From positions 17,959 through 81,958 of the forward strand of contig JAOAHZ010000010.1 of NCBI GenBank assembly GCA_026414975.1: a DNA stretch of 64,000 bases, in the 5' to 3' direction. This document shows positions 28,201-36,826 of the stretch, in pieces. A model generated the notes under the pieces. The model saw only the letters and a program-made list of their open reading frames with translations, made no database searches and was not told the origin of the DNA. Source of the DNA: Bacteroidia bacterium (GTDB lineage Bacteria; Bacteroidota; Bacteroidia; SpSt-205). How positions within the stretch are numbered: the stretch's first letter is position 1; the number at the start of each line of letters is the position of its first letter. A program made the position numbers and the translations under genes.

Positions 28201-31200
28201 CCACGCTGAGGTTGCCGGGTTGAGAGAGAACGAGAGGTACTTCATACTCGTAGTAGTTGTCCGAATAGTCGGTTCCAATGCGGATAAAGAGCGTTGCATC
28301 ACCGGTTTGATTGACGTTAGGGGGGATAGGACTGCCCAAAAGAGGCTCAGCGTGCGCCCATAAACGCAATCTTTCGTAAAAACGCAAGTCGTAGTTGAAG
28401 GTGCGGAACACCCCTCGCCCATCTCCATCGGCTAAGTTGCATACGCGCATAACGAGACTCTGTTCATTTTGGAGAAGTCCGGCTACGGGACTACCAGGTA
28501 TAGGCTGTCGCAAAATACCTGGTGGTAAGACATAAGGAAAAGGTTGACGAGAGCCATTTTCTTCTATGTTCATCGTACCTGTCTCAAACTTAGTGGGGTC
28601 CGCGGCGGGGTCAGGTAGAAGTGTCTCATCGCGCTGATTGAGGCTAATAAGCGCTCGGCGCCATAGCGTAGCTACTAACTCCAGCTTACCAAAGCGCAGC
28701 ACCACATCTCTATCAAACCCGGTCAGGTACATTCGGATAAAATCTATCGCTTTGAAGTCTTGAATGCCTCCCACCGGCGTCCCCGTTACAAGAGGAATGC
28801 GAAAAAGATACCAGCGCGTGGTAAGGGTATTGCCATTGGGGAGTTTGACCTCCAGTTCTCGCTTATCTACGATATAGTTTCGTCCAACGACTAAATCCTG
28901 GGGACGCAGCGAGACGCGATAAGAAAAGAAAGCCTCTTGTGTGTTGAGCGTCCCATCTAAGTTAATGTCCTCCACATCGGGGAGAGCGCTGGCCTGGCGC
29001 GTGTAGGGTTCATTGGGTTGGGGTATGGGGGAGTTGCCTTCCAACCCAGCAAAGCGCCGATACCGCTCTAAAATGCTGGGGCTGTTGATGTCACGGAAGT
29101 GAGCGTAATCATCACTGGAAGGATCAGCCAAAGCCTGCTGATACGCTTCAGGGGTCAGTATGCCTTGAAGCTGATTGAGGTAAGAGGAGAAAAAGCTCTG
29201 TTCGACCTCGCTACGCAAACCATCTAACCCTACATCCTGGAACCGACGCGCTCCGGGATCGTTGTCAAAGGCCAGAGTCGGTATTTGAATGTTCGGGACG
29301 CGCCCCCAAGCGGTGAGAGAGAGATTCAGATTAGCGGCATCATCCTCGGCCCGAGTAGGCAGCCCATGTTCGTAAGCGCGCCGGTTATCGGGTAGAACGT
29401 CCTCACTGATTTGCCCGAGATTGAAATACAAGTCCCCCCCTGGAGCCGAGGGGTCTTCCAAGAAAGGATCCATGAGCCAGAACTCTATAAACTCATAGTT
29501 AGCTGCTTCAAAGTCGGTGTTACCGATGACGCGGCGCATGATACCTGCCCATTGGCGCTGCGGGTTCCGGAAGGTACCATCGGGGTTGAGGTCCGAAGGA
29601 TTGGCATTGTAGTTGTAGGGTCCTCGCTCCCGAGGCCGGTAGTATAAATCAAAAGTCGTCAGGATATTGCTACCTGCCGCAATAGTGCGATTGGGAAAAA
29701 TCTCAGCCGGCTCTACCCGCCGGGTGTAGTGAGAATTCAGTGCTGGGCTTTGATCGCTCAGACCAAAGGTAGAGGGGCGATTGTAAAACTCAGGGTCTAT
29801 GAAGTACCACGAGAGAGCCCCTCGCGTAAAGTTAGCTGAGAGCGGATCGGGATTATTCGGACGCAGGGCAGGAGGAACCGAAGCGATTTTCCAGTATGTC
29901 CACTGCGTCAAGTCTAATACGTTTCTGAGTCCCTCAAAGTCGTCTATGTAGGCAATGCCGCGCTCTTCCCCGGTAACCACTTGCCGAGGAATTCCAGGGC
30001 GTAGCTGAGCAAATTCCCCTTTGAAGGTGATTTCGCTCTCCTCTTTGGTAGAGTAGAAAGGAAGGGTATTCAAAAGAGCGCTCAGGAAGCGCGAACGATC
30101 CTGTAGATTTACATCTGCCCCCCACATGATATTGGCGGCAGGCTCCTCCGAAATGATAACCTTGTTGATGAGGGGACGCTCATAAAAGCTCAGCCCCGTC
30201 AGGCCAAGCTGAAACCGCTGAGAAGGACGCCATTCTATCCGGCTGCCCACCAGTGTTTTTTGGTCTATGCCAAAGAGCACATTGCTTTCAAACCGAACCC
30301 GAATCTCTTGCCCCGATTGGAGAATCCCCTGATTGATAATGGTCACCTTCCCCACCGTATAATCCACTTGGTAATCTACCCCTTCTGTAAGAAGGGCTCC
30401 CCCAGCCGTGACTCGGATACTGCCCGGCTGGATTTGAGGTGTGTTGAGATTAATCTCCGCCCCCGTAGACGAGAGAAAGCTGTACTTTAGCTTGAAGCGA
30501 TTGAGCTGAGGATAATACTGGATGGCATCTACTTGGGTAAGGCGATACAACGGGTCGTAAGCGTACCGGACAGAGTCATTGAGCGGATCCGTCGTGAATT
30601 GGCGCACCAGATGACGACCGAACGGCTCCAAGACCGGAAAAACAACAATGCCCCTATCGGGAAATATGGTAACCTGAGGGATAAAATCAAAGACATTGTC
30701 GGGCCCAGCTTCCATGTTGTTACGCAGCCGATCCAGCCCCACCACTTGAAGGAGAGGCCGCTCCCTTGTGTCAGGGGAGGGAAGGTACAAAATATCTCCA
30801 CTTCCATCGGTTGCTTCATACACAATCTGAAAGTCAAACCCCTCTGGACGGATATTGAAGGCATCCAGGCGATAGACATTTTTCATCATCAGGTCCCAAG
30901 TGGGATAAGGCTGATTATTGAGGCTAGGCCGGATCGCCTGCGGCTTGAGCATCTTGAGGAAGATCACGTTGCTATTCTGGGGATCGGCAGGCTGGTCTAT
31001 ACTAAATTCGCCCACCCGATAAACTGTATTATCTCCAGCCAGCGTGTATTCGTACGCTACGAAGACAGCATCATTCGGTTGGAGAGAGATGTTCAAGCTG
31101 ATGTAGCCAAGCTGACGATGAATGAAGTATTCGTTGTCGTTGAGGCGCCGCATGTTCTCCACCAGTTCAAAGTCTCGGCCATTCACGAGCCCCTCTTGAC

Positions 31201-32449
31201 TGAGATAAAAGATAACAGAGTCTCTTGAGCGAGCGCCTGGATTGCGTAGGACTCGGGCATAAACTTCGTTGGCTCCATTGTCGGGATTTTGACCCGATAC
31301 AGCGATACCAGGGTTAAATAACCGTCCACCCCGACTGGGAAGGTTTTCTCCCAAGTCTATCAGACCTACTGCATTGCGAGTATTTTGAGCGGTGGCGTTG
31401 GCTCGGTTCGTGACCCAAACCTCTATGCGAGTGATATTGATGGGCGAGCTAACCACTGGCAGAGTAGAGAGAGACTGCTCATAGAGCGAGCGGAAGAAGT
31501 GATTGAGGAAAAAATGACGGTTGAAGTCGTAATCGCTGGCTTTTTTGGTTCGCTCTTGCCGCTGCCCTCCTGAACGAACAACGACCTCTTGCGTCTTGCT
31601 ACGCTGTTGTGAAGCCAAAGCGGTTACAAAGACCGACCCAAACTGCATTCGAGTTTTGATGCCCCACAAGTTCTGTCCGCCTGTGATCAGCGTACCCCCT
31701 AAAGGCAATCCCACATTACCTGCCTCTATGCTTTTGATGATATCGTCCTCGTAGCCTTGATACTCTATCTTGAACTGGTTCTCAAAGGTGAAGCTGGTTT
31801 GCGTATCCCAGTTGAGACGCAGCTTGAGCTTTTCGCCTATATTCCCTACAACATTCATTTGGATCTGCTGATTGAAGGCGAGGTTGGTGTTGCGCTGCTG
31901 GCGAATCGTTAGCGCAGGATTACGCATGCGATTGCTACGCAGGGAGAGGTCTAACAAAACGTTGATGTTGGGACGGATATCTACGCGCCCACTTCCAAAG
32001 ATGTCTCTAAATAGTTCGCTATTGACATTGATGGGAGGGACGAGTCCCGAAATAGACTGACTCGTCTGATTAGCAGCGGGACGATTAGGATTAGGGCTGA
32101 GTTGGGCTTCTCGACTGCGCCTATCTAAGTACTGTTGCTTAAAGCGTTTAGCGTGTAGCTTTTCATACTCCTCTCGGCTGATGTAGGAAGGAGGACGTAC
32201 AGTTTTACCTCCTACCCGTTCATATACCCAATAGCCTTTTCCATCAGGGGTAAGCTCATAAGTTACCTCGTAGGTGCTGGGAAGGGGCAGCATCCATGGA
32301 GGGGGTATCATGCGTCGGCTCGTTGCATCAGCGGGGGAATCCCGAAAGCGAGTCCGGCTCGTGTCACTCGGCTGGGCTTGACCTAAGCCGAAGACGCCGA
32401 GAAGAGCATAGGGAGCAACTTTTTGTACCGTCAAGAAGCGAAGCGGCAC
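25229..32449 (-). CDS. sprA: T9SS translocon / gliding motility protein SprA
   Basis: 2406-aa single ORF with a signal peptide and beta-rich composition. The size and the C-terminal ...GVQFRFSLTN are typical of SprA. Uses a GTG start. Confidence 0.9.
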   Translation of the reverse strand: MPLRFLTVQKVAPYALLGVFGLGQAQPSDTSRTRFRDSPADATSRRMIPPPWMLPLPSTYEVTYELTPDGKGYWVYERVGGKTVRPPSYISREEYEKLHAKRFKQQYLDRRSREAQLSPNPNRPAANQTSQSISGLVPPINVNSELFRDIFGSGRVDIRPNINVLLDLSLRSNRMRNPALTIRQQRNTNLAFNQQIQMNVVGNIGEKLKLRLNWDTQTSFTFENQFKIEYQGYEDDIIKSIEAGNVGLPLGGTLITGGQNLWGIKTRMQFGSVFVTALASQQRSKTQEVVVRSGGQRQERTKKASDYDFNRHFFLNHFFRSLYEQSLSTLPVVSSPINITRIEVWVTNRANATAQNTRNAVGLIDLGENLPSRGGRLFNPGIAVSGQNPDNGANEVYARVLRNPGARSRDSVIFYLSQEGLVNGRDFELVENMRRLNDNEYFIHRQLGYISLNISLQPNDAVFVAYEYTLAGDNTVYRVGEFSIDQPADPQNSNVIFLKMLKPQAIRPSLNNQPYPTWDLMMKNVYRLDAFNIRPEGFDFQIVYEATDGSGDILYLPSPDTRERPLLQVVGLDRLRNNMEAGPDNVFDFIPQVTIFPDRGIVVFPVLEPFGRHLVRQFTTDPLNDSVRYAYDPLYRLTQVDAIQYYPQLNRFKLKYSFLSSTGAEINLNTPQIQPGSIRVTAGGALLTEGVDYQVDYTVGKVTIINQGILQSGQEIRVRFESNVLFGIDQKTLVGSRIEWRPSQRFQLGLTGLSFYERPLINKVIISEEPAANIMWGADVNLQDRSRFLSALLNTLPFYSTKEESEITFKGEFAQLRPGIPRQVVTGEERGIAYIDDFEGLRNVLDLTQWTYWKIASVPPALRPNNPDPLSANFTRGALSWYFIDPEFYNRPSTFGLSDQSPALNSHYTRRVEPAEIFPNRTIAAGSNILTTFDLYYRPRERGPYNYNANPSDLNPDGTFRNPQRQWAGIMRRVIGNTDFEAANYEFIEFWLMDPFLEDPSAPGGDLYFNLGQISEDVLPDNRRAYEHGLPTRAEDDAANLNLSLTAWGRVPNIQIPTLAFDNDPGARRFQDVGLDGLRSEVEQSFFSSYLNQLQGILTPEAYQQALADPSSDDYAHFRDINSPSILERYRRFAGLEGNSPIPQPNEPYTRQASALPDVEDINLDGTLNTQEAFFSYRVSLRPQDLVVGRNYIVDKRELEVKLPNGNTLTTRWYLFRIPLVTGTPVGGIQDFKAIDFIRMYLTGFDRDVVLRFGKLELVATLWRRALISLNQRDETLLPDPAADPTKFETGTMNIEENGSRQPFPYVLPPGILRQPIPGSPVAGLLQNEQSLVMRVCNLADGDGRGVFRTFNYDLRFYERLRLWAHAEPLLGSPIPPNVNQTGDATLFIRIGTDYSDNYYEYEVPLVLSQPGNLSVENIWANNIDLRLEDLNFVKVLRDEARQQRGFPLTQVFTYTLPNGNRISVKGTPQLNNVKTILVGVRNPDDGRGPICVEVWINELRVTNYNTRSGWSASGMLNLRLADLGNVSLSGSMSTPWFGSIEQKVGQRSTEWLQRYTVTGGLQLHRLLPKKAGLEIPAFFTYGESFMRPLYSPYDPDVLTRTRLEAQATPSRRDSLERILTSYSRTYSYTFAGVRKIYVNPQAKKRFWHPQNFTLSYGYNETYTRSPQIEYAFNRQYTGSVAYNYNFQIKPLKPFSKLKPAILKDFSLNYLPNQVGWRVEGNRQYQEQKLRPIGGGPEVRPTFYQNFLINRQYILQWSLTPSLSLNYNATVQARVDEPEGPINTPEKRDSLWANVLSFGKDPARGRFQRINFGRTLNFQQNVVVTYRLPLSKIKWTDWINTSVNYTADYRWMTAALGQERFGNTVSNGRNIQLTGQFQLSSLYKKVKFIDKLLTPPPKRNIFSQADTSRKQGDDPYIAVRQIGRAIGKVIFGIQSVDVTYSRQQGTNLPGFVPRPANFGLDWDYRDTLTGQRSQAPGWGFILGEQPDLQGGWLRENARRGWFSRDPRFTLPFQQTQSTQLNIRANIVPLRDLRIDLTLTRNETFSRGGLFGWDSLQQDFAFSNPSAQGNFSMSFLGANLLSLGQRDRSYERLENEYRYIFSTRLRVANPFYELALGPNAVPTRRDYWNGYTGSQQDVLTLAFLSAYGPYNPNRMPLSPFPRVPLPNWNINYTGLNQIPFFKERFRTIALNHAYRSTYTANYVLNLRALDQNGDGLSETIQPIQSFLDTLPGLTVYNFEPVFVISALSIQESFSPLAGLNLAWKNGMNTTVELRRTRTTTLNIGALQLNQNRTTEFSFTWNWRRESLMQPFSLFGRTFELRNSATFRLEITYRSLVNQNRQLDNAAFVQPIGGTRSFTIKPAIDYSISTQLTVRAYIEHTRNRPVLSNAFPTSFTAAGVQFRFSLTN

Positions 32450-32494
32450 AAATAGAAAAAAGCCGCTACGAAGTTATAGCCGTACTACAAAATC

Positions 32495-32650
32495 TCAATA
32501 CACATGATTATCCACACGAGTCGCTGGGCAACTGCCTGTGCGCATCCACATCGACCGACTGCCAGCTCGCCCCGACGCGCAGGCTTCCAGTAAGAAAGTA
32601 ATACCGAGGACTACAAGGGCGGTAAAAACGGTTCTGCGATTTCTCTGCAT
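32495..32650 (-). CDS. putative mini-lipoprotein (51 aa)
   Basis: MQRNRRTVFTALVVLGITFLLEAC lipobox-like signal. The ATG lies 4 nt after a perfect TATCTTTG box. Confidence 0.45.
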   Translation of the reverse strand: MQRNRRTVFTALVVLGITFLLEACASGRAGSRSMWMRTGSCPATRVDNHVY

Positions 32651-32798
32651 ACAGCAAAGATACGTCTCGTCGCTCATATGAGTTGCACGGGCATGGCGTC
32701 CGAACTTTTTTTCGCTTACGAGCTGAGCCTTGAACAGCGCAGCCTGTAATAATAAGAGCCATCCCCAAACTAAGCAAGACACATTTGACAAACTTCAC
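32508..32798 (-). CDS. putative small lipoprotein (96-aa ORF; true 3' end uncertain)
   Basis: MKFVKCVLLSLGMALIITGC lipobox. The GTG lies 4 nt after TACTTTTG. The downstream half overlaps the 51-aa gene in another frame. Confidence 0.4.
   Translation of the reverse strand: MKFVKCVLLSLGMALIITGCAVQGSARKRKKVRTPCPCNSYERRDVSLLYAEKSQNRFYRPCSPRYYFLTGSLRVGASWQSVDVDAHRQLPSDSCG
32655..32662 (-). promoter_or_regulatory. -7 box TATCTTTG, 4 nt before the 51-aa lipoprotein ATG (32650)
   Basis: Plus strand reads caaagata. Confidence 0.55.
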
Positions 32799-32802
32799 TC
32801 AG

Positions 32803-32810
32803 CAAAAGTA
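32803..32810 (-). promoter_or_regulatory. -7 box TACTTTTG, 4 nt before the GTG at 32798
   Basis: Plus strand reads caaaagta. Confidence 0.55.
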
Positions 32811-32905
32811 CTTATAAACTCTTTATTCAGCCCGAGAGGATAAGAGACAAACTCTACGGATTGAATCCAAGGGTGGTCGTGCATGGGATTGGTTGAAAAT
32901 AACTG

Positions 32906-32913
32906 TAACTTTG
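32906..32913 (+). promoter_or_regulatory. -7 box TAACTTTG, 4 nt before the ATG at 32918
   Basis: Read directly. Confidence 0.55.
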
Positions 32914-32917
32914 TGGC

Positions 32918-33475
32918 ATGAGATGGATGTCGGCAAAGCTCGTGTGGTTAGCGGTGCCCTTAGTTTGGATAGCCTGCAAACGCGAGAAAAAAGATGGTTC
33001 TGAAGATGTGGGCCATCCACCAGTCAGTACCATAGAGGTGCGGCTTATTCAAGGGGGAGACACAATTAGGGGCCGCTATAAGGACCCCGATGGACCAGGG
33101 GGGCGCCCTGCCACTATAGATACTTTGCGACCAAGAGCTGGCGAGACTTACACCTATCTGCTGCGAATCTTAGATGAGACAGGTAATCCTACCCATGACT
33201 TGTCTGAGCTTATCTTTGGCCAGCAGAAAAACACCCACCGCATGTACTTTTTCCCTGATCCCGAGAATTTAGCCACTATAGAGCCGAGCGACGTAGATGA
33301 TTTAGGACGACCTGTGGGCGGGCGGGGTACTTGGCGACAAGGGCCTGCTTCTGTGTCCGAAGGAAGCGTTCGCTTCTTGCTGCGTCATTACATCAACCCG
33401 AGCGATAAAAACTTTGGGTTGGAGCGCGGCAGCACCGATTTAGACGTGAGCCTACCCGTACGCATCCAAAACTGA
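32918..33475 (+). CDS. hypothetical lipoprotein
   Basis: Signal and lipobox LVWIAC. The ATG lies 4 nt after TAACTTTG, and the stop is 1 nt before the Fur-family gene. Confidence 0.55.
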   Translation: MRWMSAKLVWLAVPLVWIACKREKKDGSEDVGHPPVSTIEVRLIQGGDTIRGRYKDPDGPGGRPATIDTLRPRAGETYTYLLRILDETGNPTHDLSELIFGQQKNTHRMYFFPDPENLATIEPSDVDDLGRPVGGRGTWRQGPASVSEGSVRFLLRHYINPSDKNFGLERGSTDLDVSLPVRIQN

Positions 33476-33476
33476 T

Positions 33477-33851
33477 ATGAAAGCTAAGTTGAGAAAGCGA
33501 TTGCATGCAGAGGGTCTGCGTTGTACGCACCCTCGTCGGTGCATTGTAGAGGCCTTAGAGCAAGGGCCTAAAACCCACGCTCAGCTTTTGCGCGAGACGC
33601 AGTTGGATAGAGTTACGGTGTATCGCAACCTAATCGCTCTCCAAAAGATAGGGATTGTGTATCGGGTGTATTTGCCGGGGCATGAACCGATATACGTGCT
33701 GTGCGACGCTGACTCGCCTACCCACGCACACTTCTTCTGCAAGAATTGTCGGAAAGGAGTCTGTCTCCCTCCCGGCGTTATACAGTTAGCTGAGCCGTGG
33801 GCTTCCTACACAGAACGGGTCCTATTATTAGGACGGTGCCCGGAATGCTGA
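33477..33851 (+). CDS. Fur family transcriptional regulator
   Basis: 124 aa. Winged-helix N-domain (RCTHPRRCIVEAL), and CxxC pairs (CKNC, CPEC). Confidence 0.75.
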   Translation: MKAKLRKRLHAEGLRCTHPRRCIVEALEQGPKTHAQLLRETQLDRVTVYRNLIALQKIGIVYRVYLPGHEPIYVLCDADSPTHAHFFCKNCRKGVCLPPGVIQLAEPWASYTERVLLLGRCPEC

Positions 33852-35129
33852 GAGCGCCTCAGCAACGAGATAGATGCTGCCGGTAATGAGGAGGCTTTGG
33901 CAGCTGTCCATAGCCCTCTGTAGCGCTTGGACAACATCCCCAAAAGCGGTTCCTTTATAGCCCAAAGGCTCAGCTAATCGCTGTAAGGTATGAGCCCCCA
34001 AGGCCCGGGGATTTCGGGCCTCGGCAAAGAATACGGGCCCTTCCCATCCACCAAGGGCTCGGAGGGACTCCTCTATGTCCTTGTCCTGGGAAAAACCTAT
34101 GATTAGCCCTTCTAAGGAAATGGGGGCATTGTTAATCAGACGGCGTAGAGCAGCAAACGCTGGTGGATTGTGAGCTACATCCAGCACAAAAGTATTTCGC
34201 CCTTTTACAATCCACTGAGCTCGTCCCCAAATAGGCGCCCGCTCACCCGCCGAAGCAAGGCCCTCTCTGATAGCTTGGTCTCCCACTTTCCAGCCTAACG
34301 ACTCAAGTACCTCAACAGTAGATAGAACGGTGGCTATATTGACTGCCTGATAATCCCCGGTAAGGTCCGATGTGTATGACAATCCCGTTTTTTCCTCTAA
34401 GAAAACCCGCCGATAGGTTTGAGACTCTAAAATCCAAGAGGTAGGTCTTAGACGATAATGAGCTTCAGTGATGGGAGCTTTTTGGCTCTGAGCGATCATC
34501 CTGAGCACAGGAAGAACCTCTTCATGCTCTTGCGGGGAAACAACGACGGGGCAGCCGGGTTTGATGATACCGCCTTTTTGTCGGGCGATATCGGCTATCG
34601 TGGGTCCGAGTATCTCAACATGGTCCCAGCCGATGGGAGTGATTACAGACAAAAGCGGCTCTACAATATTAGTGGCATCCCAAAGCCCCCCCAATCCCAC
34701 CTCCACCACCGCCACATCTACGCCAGCCTCAGCGAAGTAGGCTAAACTCATTCCTACTGTCGCTTCAAAGAAGCTGAGCTGAAGGTCCTCTATGGTACTT
34801 TTCCAGCGGGAGAGAAAGCCTTCTACCCAGGCCTCGGGAGGCTCAGCTCCATTGACTCGCATTCGTTCAGTGAAGTACCAGAAATGGGGCGATGTATGAA
34901 GCCCGACCCGATATCCAGCAGCTTGAAGAATGGAAGCAAGAAAGGCAGAAGTAGAGCCTTTTCCATTAGTACCTGCGACATGAATGATGGGGTAACGACG
35001 ATGGGGATGTCCCAGCAGAGCATCCCACCGCTTCATGAACTCCAAAGTGGGGTGAAGGGCCTTGCGTCCGTTCAGCTCATAAGCGCGAAGTCGGCCATAA
35101 AGCCACTGTTGCCAAGCCGCCACAGACAC
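33828..35129 (-). CDS. folC: bifunctional folylpolyglutamate synthase / dihydrofolate synthase
   Basis: HVAGTNGKGST P-loop and a Mur-ligase-like layout. The GTG start lies 4 nt after TACCTTTG. Confidence 0.85.
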   Translation of the reverse strand: MSVAAWQQWLYGRLRAYELNGRKALHPTLEFMKRWDALLGHPHRRYPIIHVAGTNGKGSTSAFLASILQAAGYRVGLHTSPHFWYFTERMRVNGAEPPEAWVEGFLSRWKSTIEDLQLSFFEATVGMSLAYFAEAGVDVAVVEVGLGGLWDATNIVEPLLSVITPIGWDHVEILGPTIADIARQKGGIIKPGCPVVVSPQEHEEVLPVLRMIAQSQKAPITEAHYRLRPTSWILESQTYRRVFLEEKTGLSYTSDLTGDYQAVNIATVLSTVEVLESLGWKVGDQAIREGLASAGERAPIWGRAQWIVKGRNTFVLDVAHNPPAFAALRRLINNAPISLEGLIIGFSQDKDIEESLRALGGWEGPVFFAEARNPRALGAHTLQRLAEPLGYKGTAFGDVVQALQRAMDSCQSLLITGSIYLVAEALSAFRAPS

Positions 35130-35133
35130 CCAG

Positions 35134-35141
35134 CAAAGGTA
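35134..35141 (-). promoter_or_regulatory. -7 box TACCTTTG, 4 nt before the folC GTG (35129)
   Basis: Plus strand reads caaaggta. Confidence 0.55.
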
Positions 35142-35213
35142 TTAGCCTCTATGAAAAAAGGAATGTTCGTAAAGCCTTGAAGAAGACTTTGTTATGTCAA
35201 ACCCTCCACTGGT

Positions 35214-36689
35214 TTATTCACATGGACCTTCTGACTCAAACAGAAACTCCCGCTGCGTCTCTACACAGTCACCCCCTGAGAGAGAAGGTAAAGACACAGC
35301 AAACGAATAGCCCTCCTCATCAACCTCCGAACGATAGACTACCTCAGCAAAGCCACTTTTCACACATCGGTAATACACCTTATAGTGCTTAGTAACTTTT
35401 TGGCGCCCCCGGGGTGGACCGAGAGGAATCCCAGAAAGATAGCAGGCCCTCATAGTCTCCAGCGTATTTTCACCTACAGTGTCGCACCTCAGCGTCACGG
35501 GCACCAAGATCGTGCCGTTAGGTTCATACAGAGGCACCTCGGGAAAGCTGCCCCACTCTACGGACCATCCATCGGGAGGGGCATACCGCTGAGCCAAGTA
35601 CACTTTCAGGGCTTGGCGAACCTTAGGTCCATAATCAACCGTAGAGAAGTTTCGCCGAAATAGACGAACTGACCGCTCCGATTGAGAAAAACCGCCGGTA
35701 GCAAGAGACTCGAAGAGAAAATACACACTTGCCCCAACTATTCCCACAGCCACGACGATCCCCAGCACCGTCCAGGCTCGGCCAAGAGAGCCTCGTTCTT
35801 GGGGCCGAGAAGCTGATAAAGTGGATTTGGGCTTATCATACGTGATTTGAGAGGATTCAGCAGAAGGCTGACCCACCGAATGAGAGCCACCTTTTCGGAG
35901 ACTAAGGAAGGCTTCTTTCATCACTTCGGCGGAGGGGAAGCGATCCTCGGGCGCCTTAGCTAAAGCCCGATTGAGAAACGTTCTCCATTCAGGTGGAGCC
36001 CAGTCAGGGATTTTGGGCGGTTCGTTCAGGAGACGCTGGTATAGCTGGAACAGGGTCAGCCCCTCCCATTCCCACGGCGGACACCCAAAGAGGCATTCCG
36101 CTATCACCAAGCCCATAGCATATAGATCGGTTTGGGGCGACACTGGTTCCCCCCTAATCTGCTCAGGTGCCATGTACAACGTAGTCCCTACCCGCATGCC
36201 GACTTGCGTTAGCTTCAGGTCTTCATCTAAGGCTTTAGCTATGCCAAAGTCTATGAGCTTTCCTTCGCCACTCGGTAAGACCAGAACATTAGAGGGCTTG
36301 ATATCGCGATGGATTATCTTGTGCCGATGGAGATAACCCAGGGCGTCAAAGATAGGCTGAAGGATTGGGATACTCTCTTCTACCGACAAAGCGGAATGCT
36401 GCTTGAGATAACTTTCCAAGCTCTGCCCTTGAACATACTCCATAATCAGGTAGGGGACCCCCTGTTGAACGGTATAATCGTATAAGCGAACTATAGCCGG
36501 ATGACTCAACTGCGCCAAAAGGCGAGCCTCGGTCAGAAATCGCTGATGCAGGTGCTCATTCTGAACGTATTGGGGATGCAGCGACTTCACCACGGCGAGG
36601 GTGCCAAGATGCACATGCTTGGCTAACCACACCCGTCCCATCCCTCCCTCGGCTAAGGCCTGGAGGAGCTCGTAACTTCCCACCTGCAT
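35214..36689 (-). CDS. Ser/Thr protein kinase with TM helix and Cys-containing extracytoplasmic C-domain
   Basis: HRDIKPSN, DFGIAK and APE motifs, with TM segment WTVLGIVVAVGIVGASVYFLF. The start at MQVGSYELL lies 7 nt after TATCTTTG. The track's GTG at 36710 lies upstream of that box. Confidence 0.85.
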   Translation of the reverse strand: MQVGSYELLQALAEGGMGRVWLAKHVHLGTLAVVKSLHPQYVQNEHLHQRFLTEARLLAQLSHPAIVRLYDYTVQQGVPYLIMEYVQGQSLESYLKQHSALSVEESIPILQPIFDALGYLHRHKIIHRDIKPSNVLVLPSGEGKLIDFGIAKALDEDLKLTQVGMRVGTTLYMAPEQIRGEPVSPQTDLYAMGLVIAECLFGCPPWEWEGLTLFQLYQRLLNEPPKIPDWAPPEWRTFLNRALAKAPEDRFPSAEVMKEAFLSLRKGGSHSVGQPSAESSQITYDKPKSTLSASRPQERGSLGRAWTVLGIVVAVGIVGASVYFLFESLATGGFSQSERSVRLFRRNFSTVDYGPKVRQALKVYLAQRYAPPDGWSVEWGSFPEVPLYEPNGTILVPVTLRCDTVGENTLETMRACYLSGIPLGPPRGRQKVTKHYKVYYRCVKSGFAEVVYRSEVDEEGYSFAVSLPSLSGGDCVETQREFLFESEGPCE

Positions 36690-36696
36690 CTTCCCG

Positions 36697-36704
36697 CAAA
36701 GATA
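36697..36704 (-). promoter_or_regulatory. -7 box TATCTTTG, 7 nt before the Ser/Thr kinase ATG (36689)
   Basis: Plus strand reads caaagata. Confidence 0.55.
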
Positions 36705-36826
36705 ATCCACCCCTTACTCCTTTTGAGAACAACCAGAAGGGCTAAGAAGCTAAGGGACAACCTTCGCTTTCCATACCACCCCTTTCAGTGAAGGCATGTT
36801 AGGCGATCGATTACTACCTTCATAGA

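Noticed and set aside
30533-31228. 231-aa plus-strand ORF and several ORFs of 60-116 aa inside or antisense to sprA
   Set aside because: They lie fully within the 7.2-kb sprA reading frame. They have no recognisable motifs and no TAnnTTTG plus start configuration.
36811-36818. TACCTTCA upstream of the cheR GTG, and near-matches upstream of sufB (TTTCTTTG), nuoI-like (TTTATTTG) and rpiB (GACCTTTG), as -7 boxes
   Set aside because: Each has a mismatch at a fixed position of TAnnTTTG. They are kept out of the feature list to avoid inflating the pattern, although they may be weak promoters.
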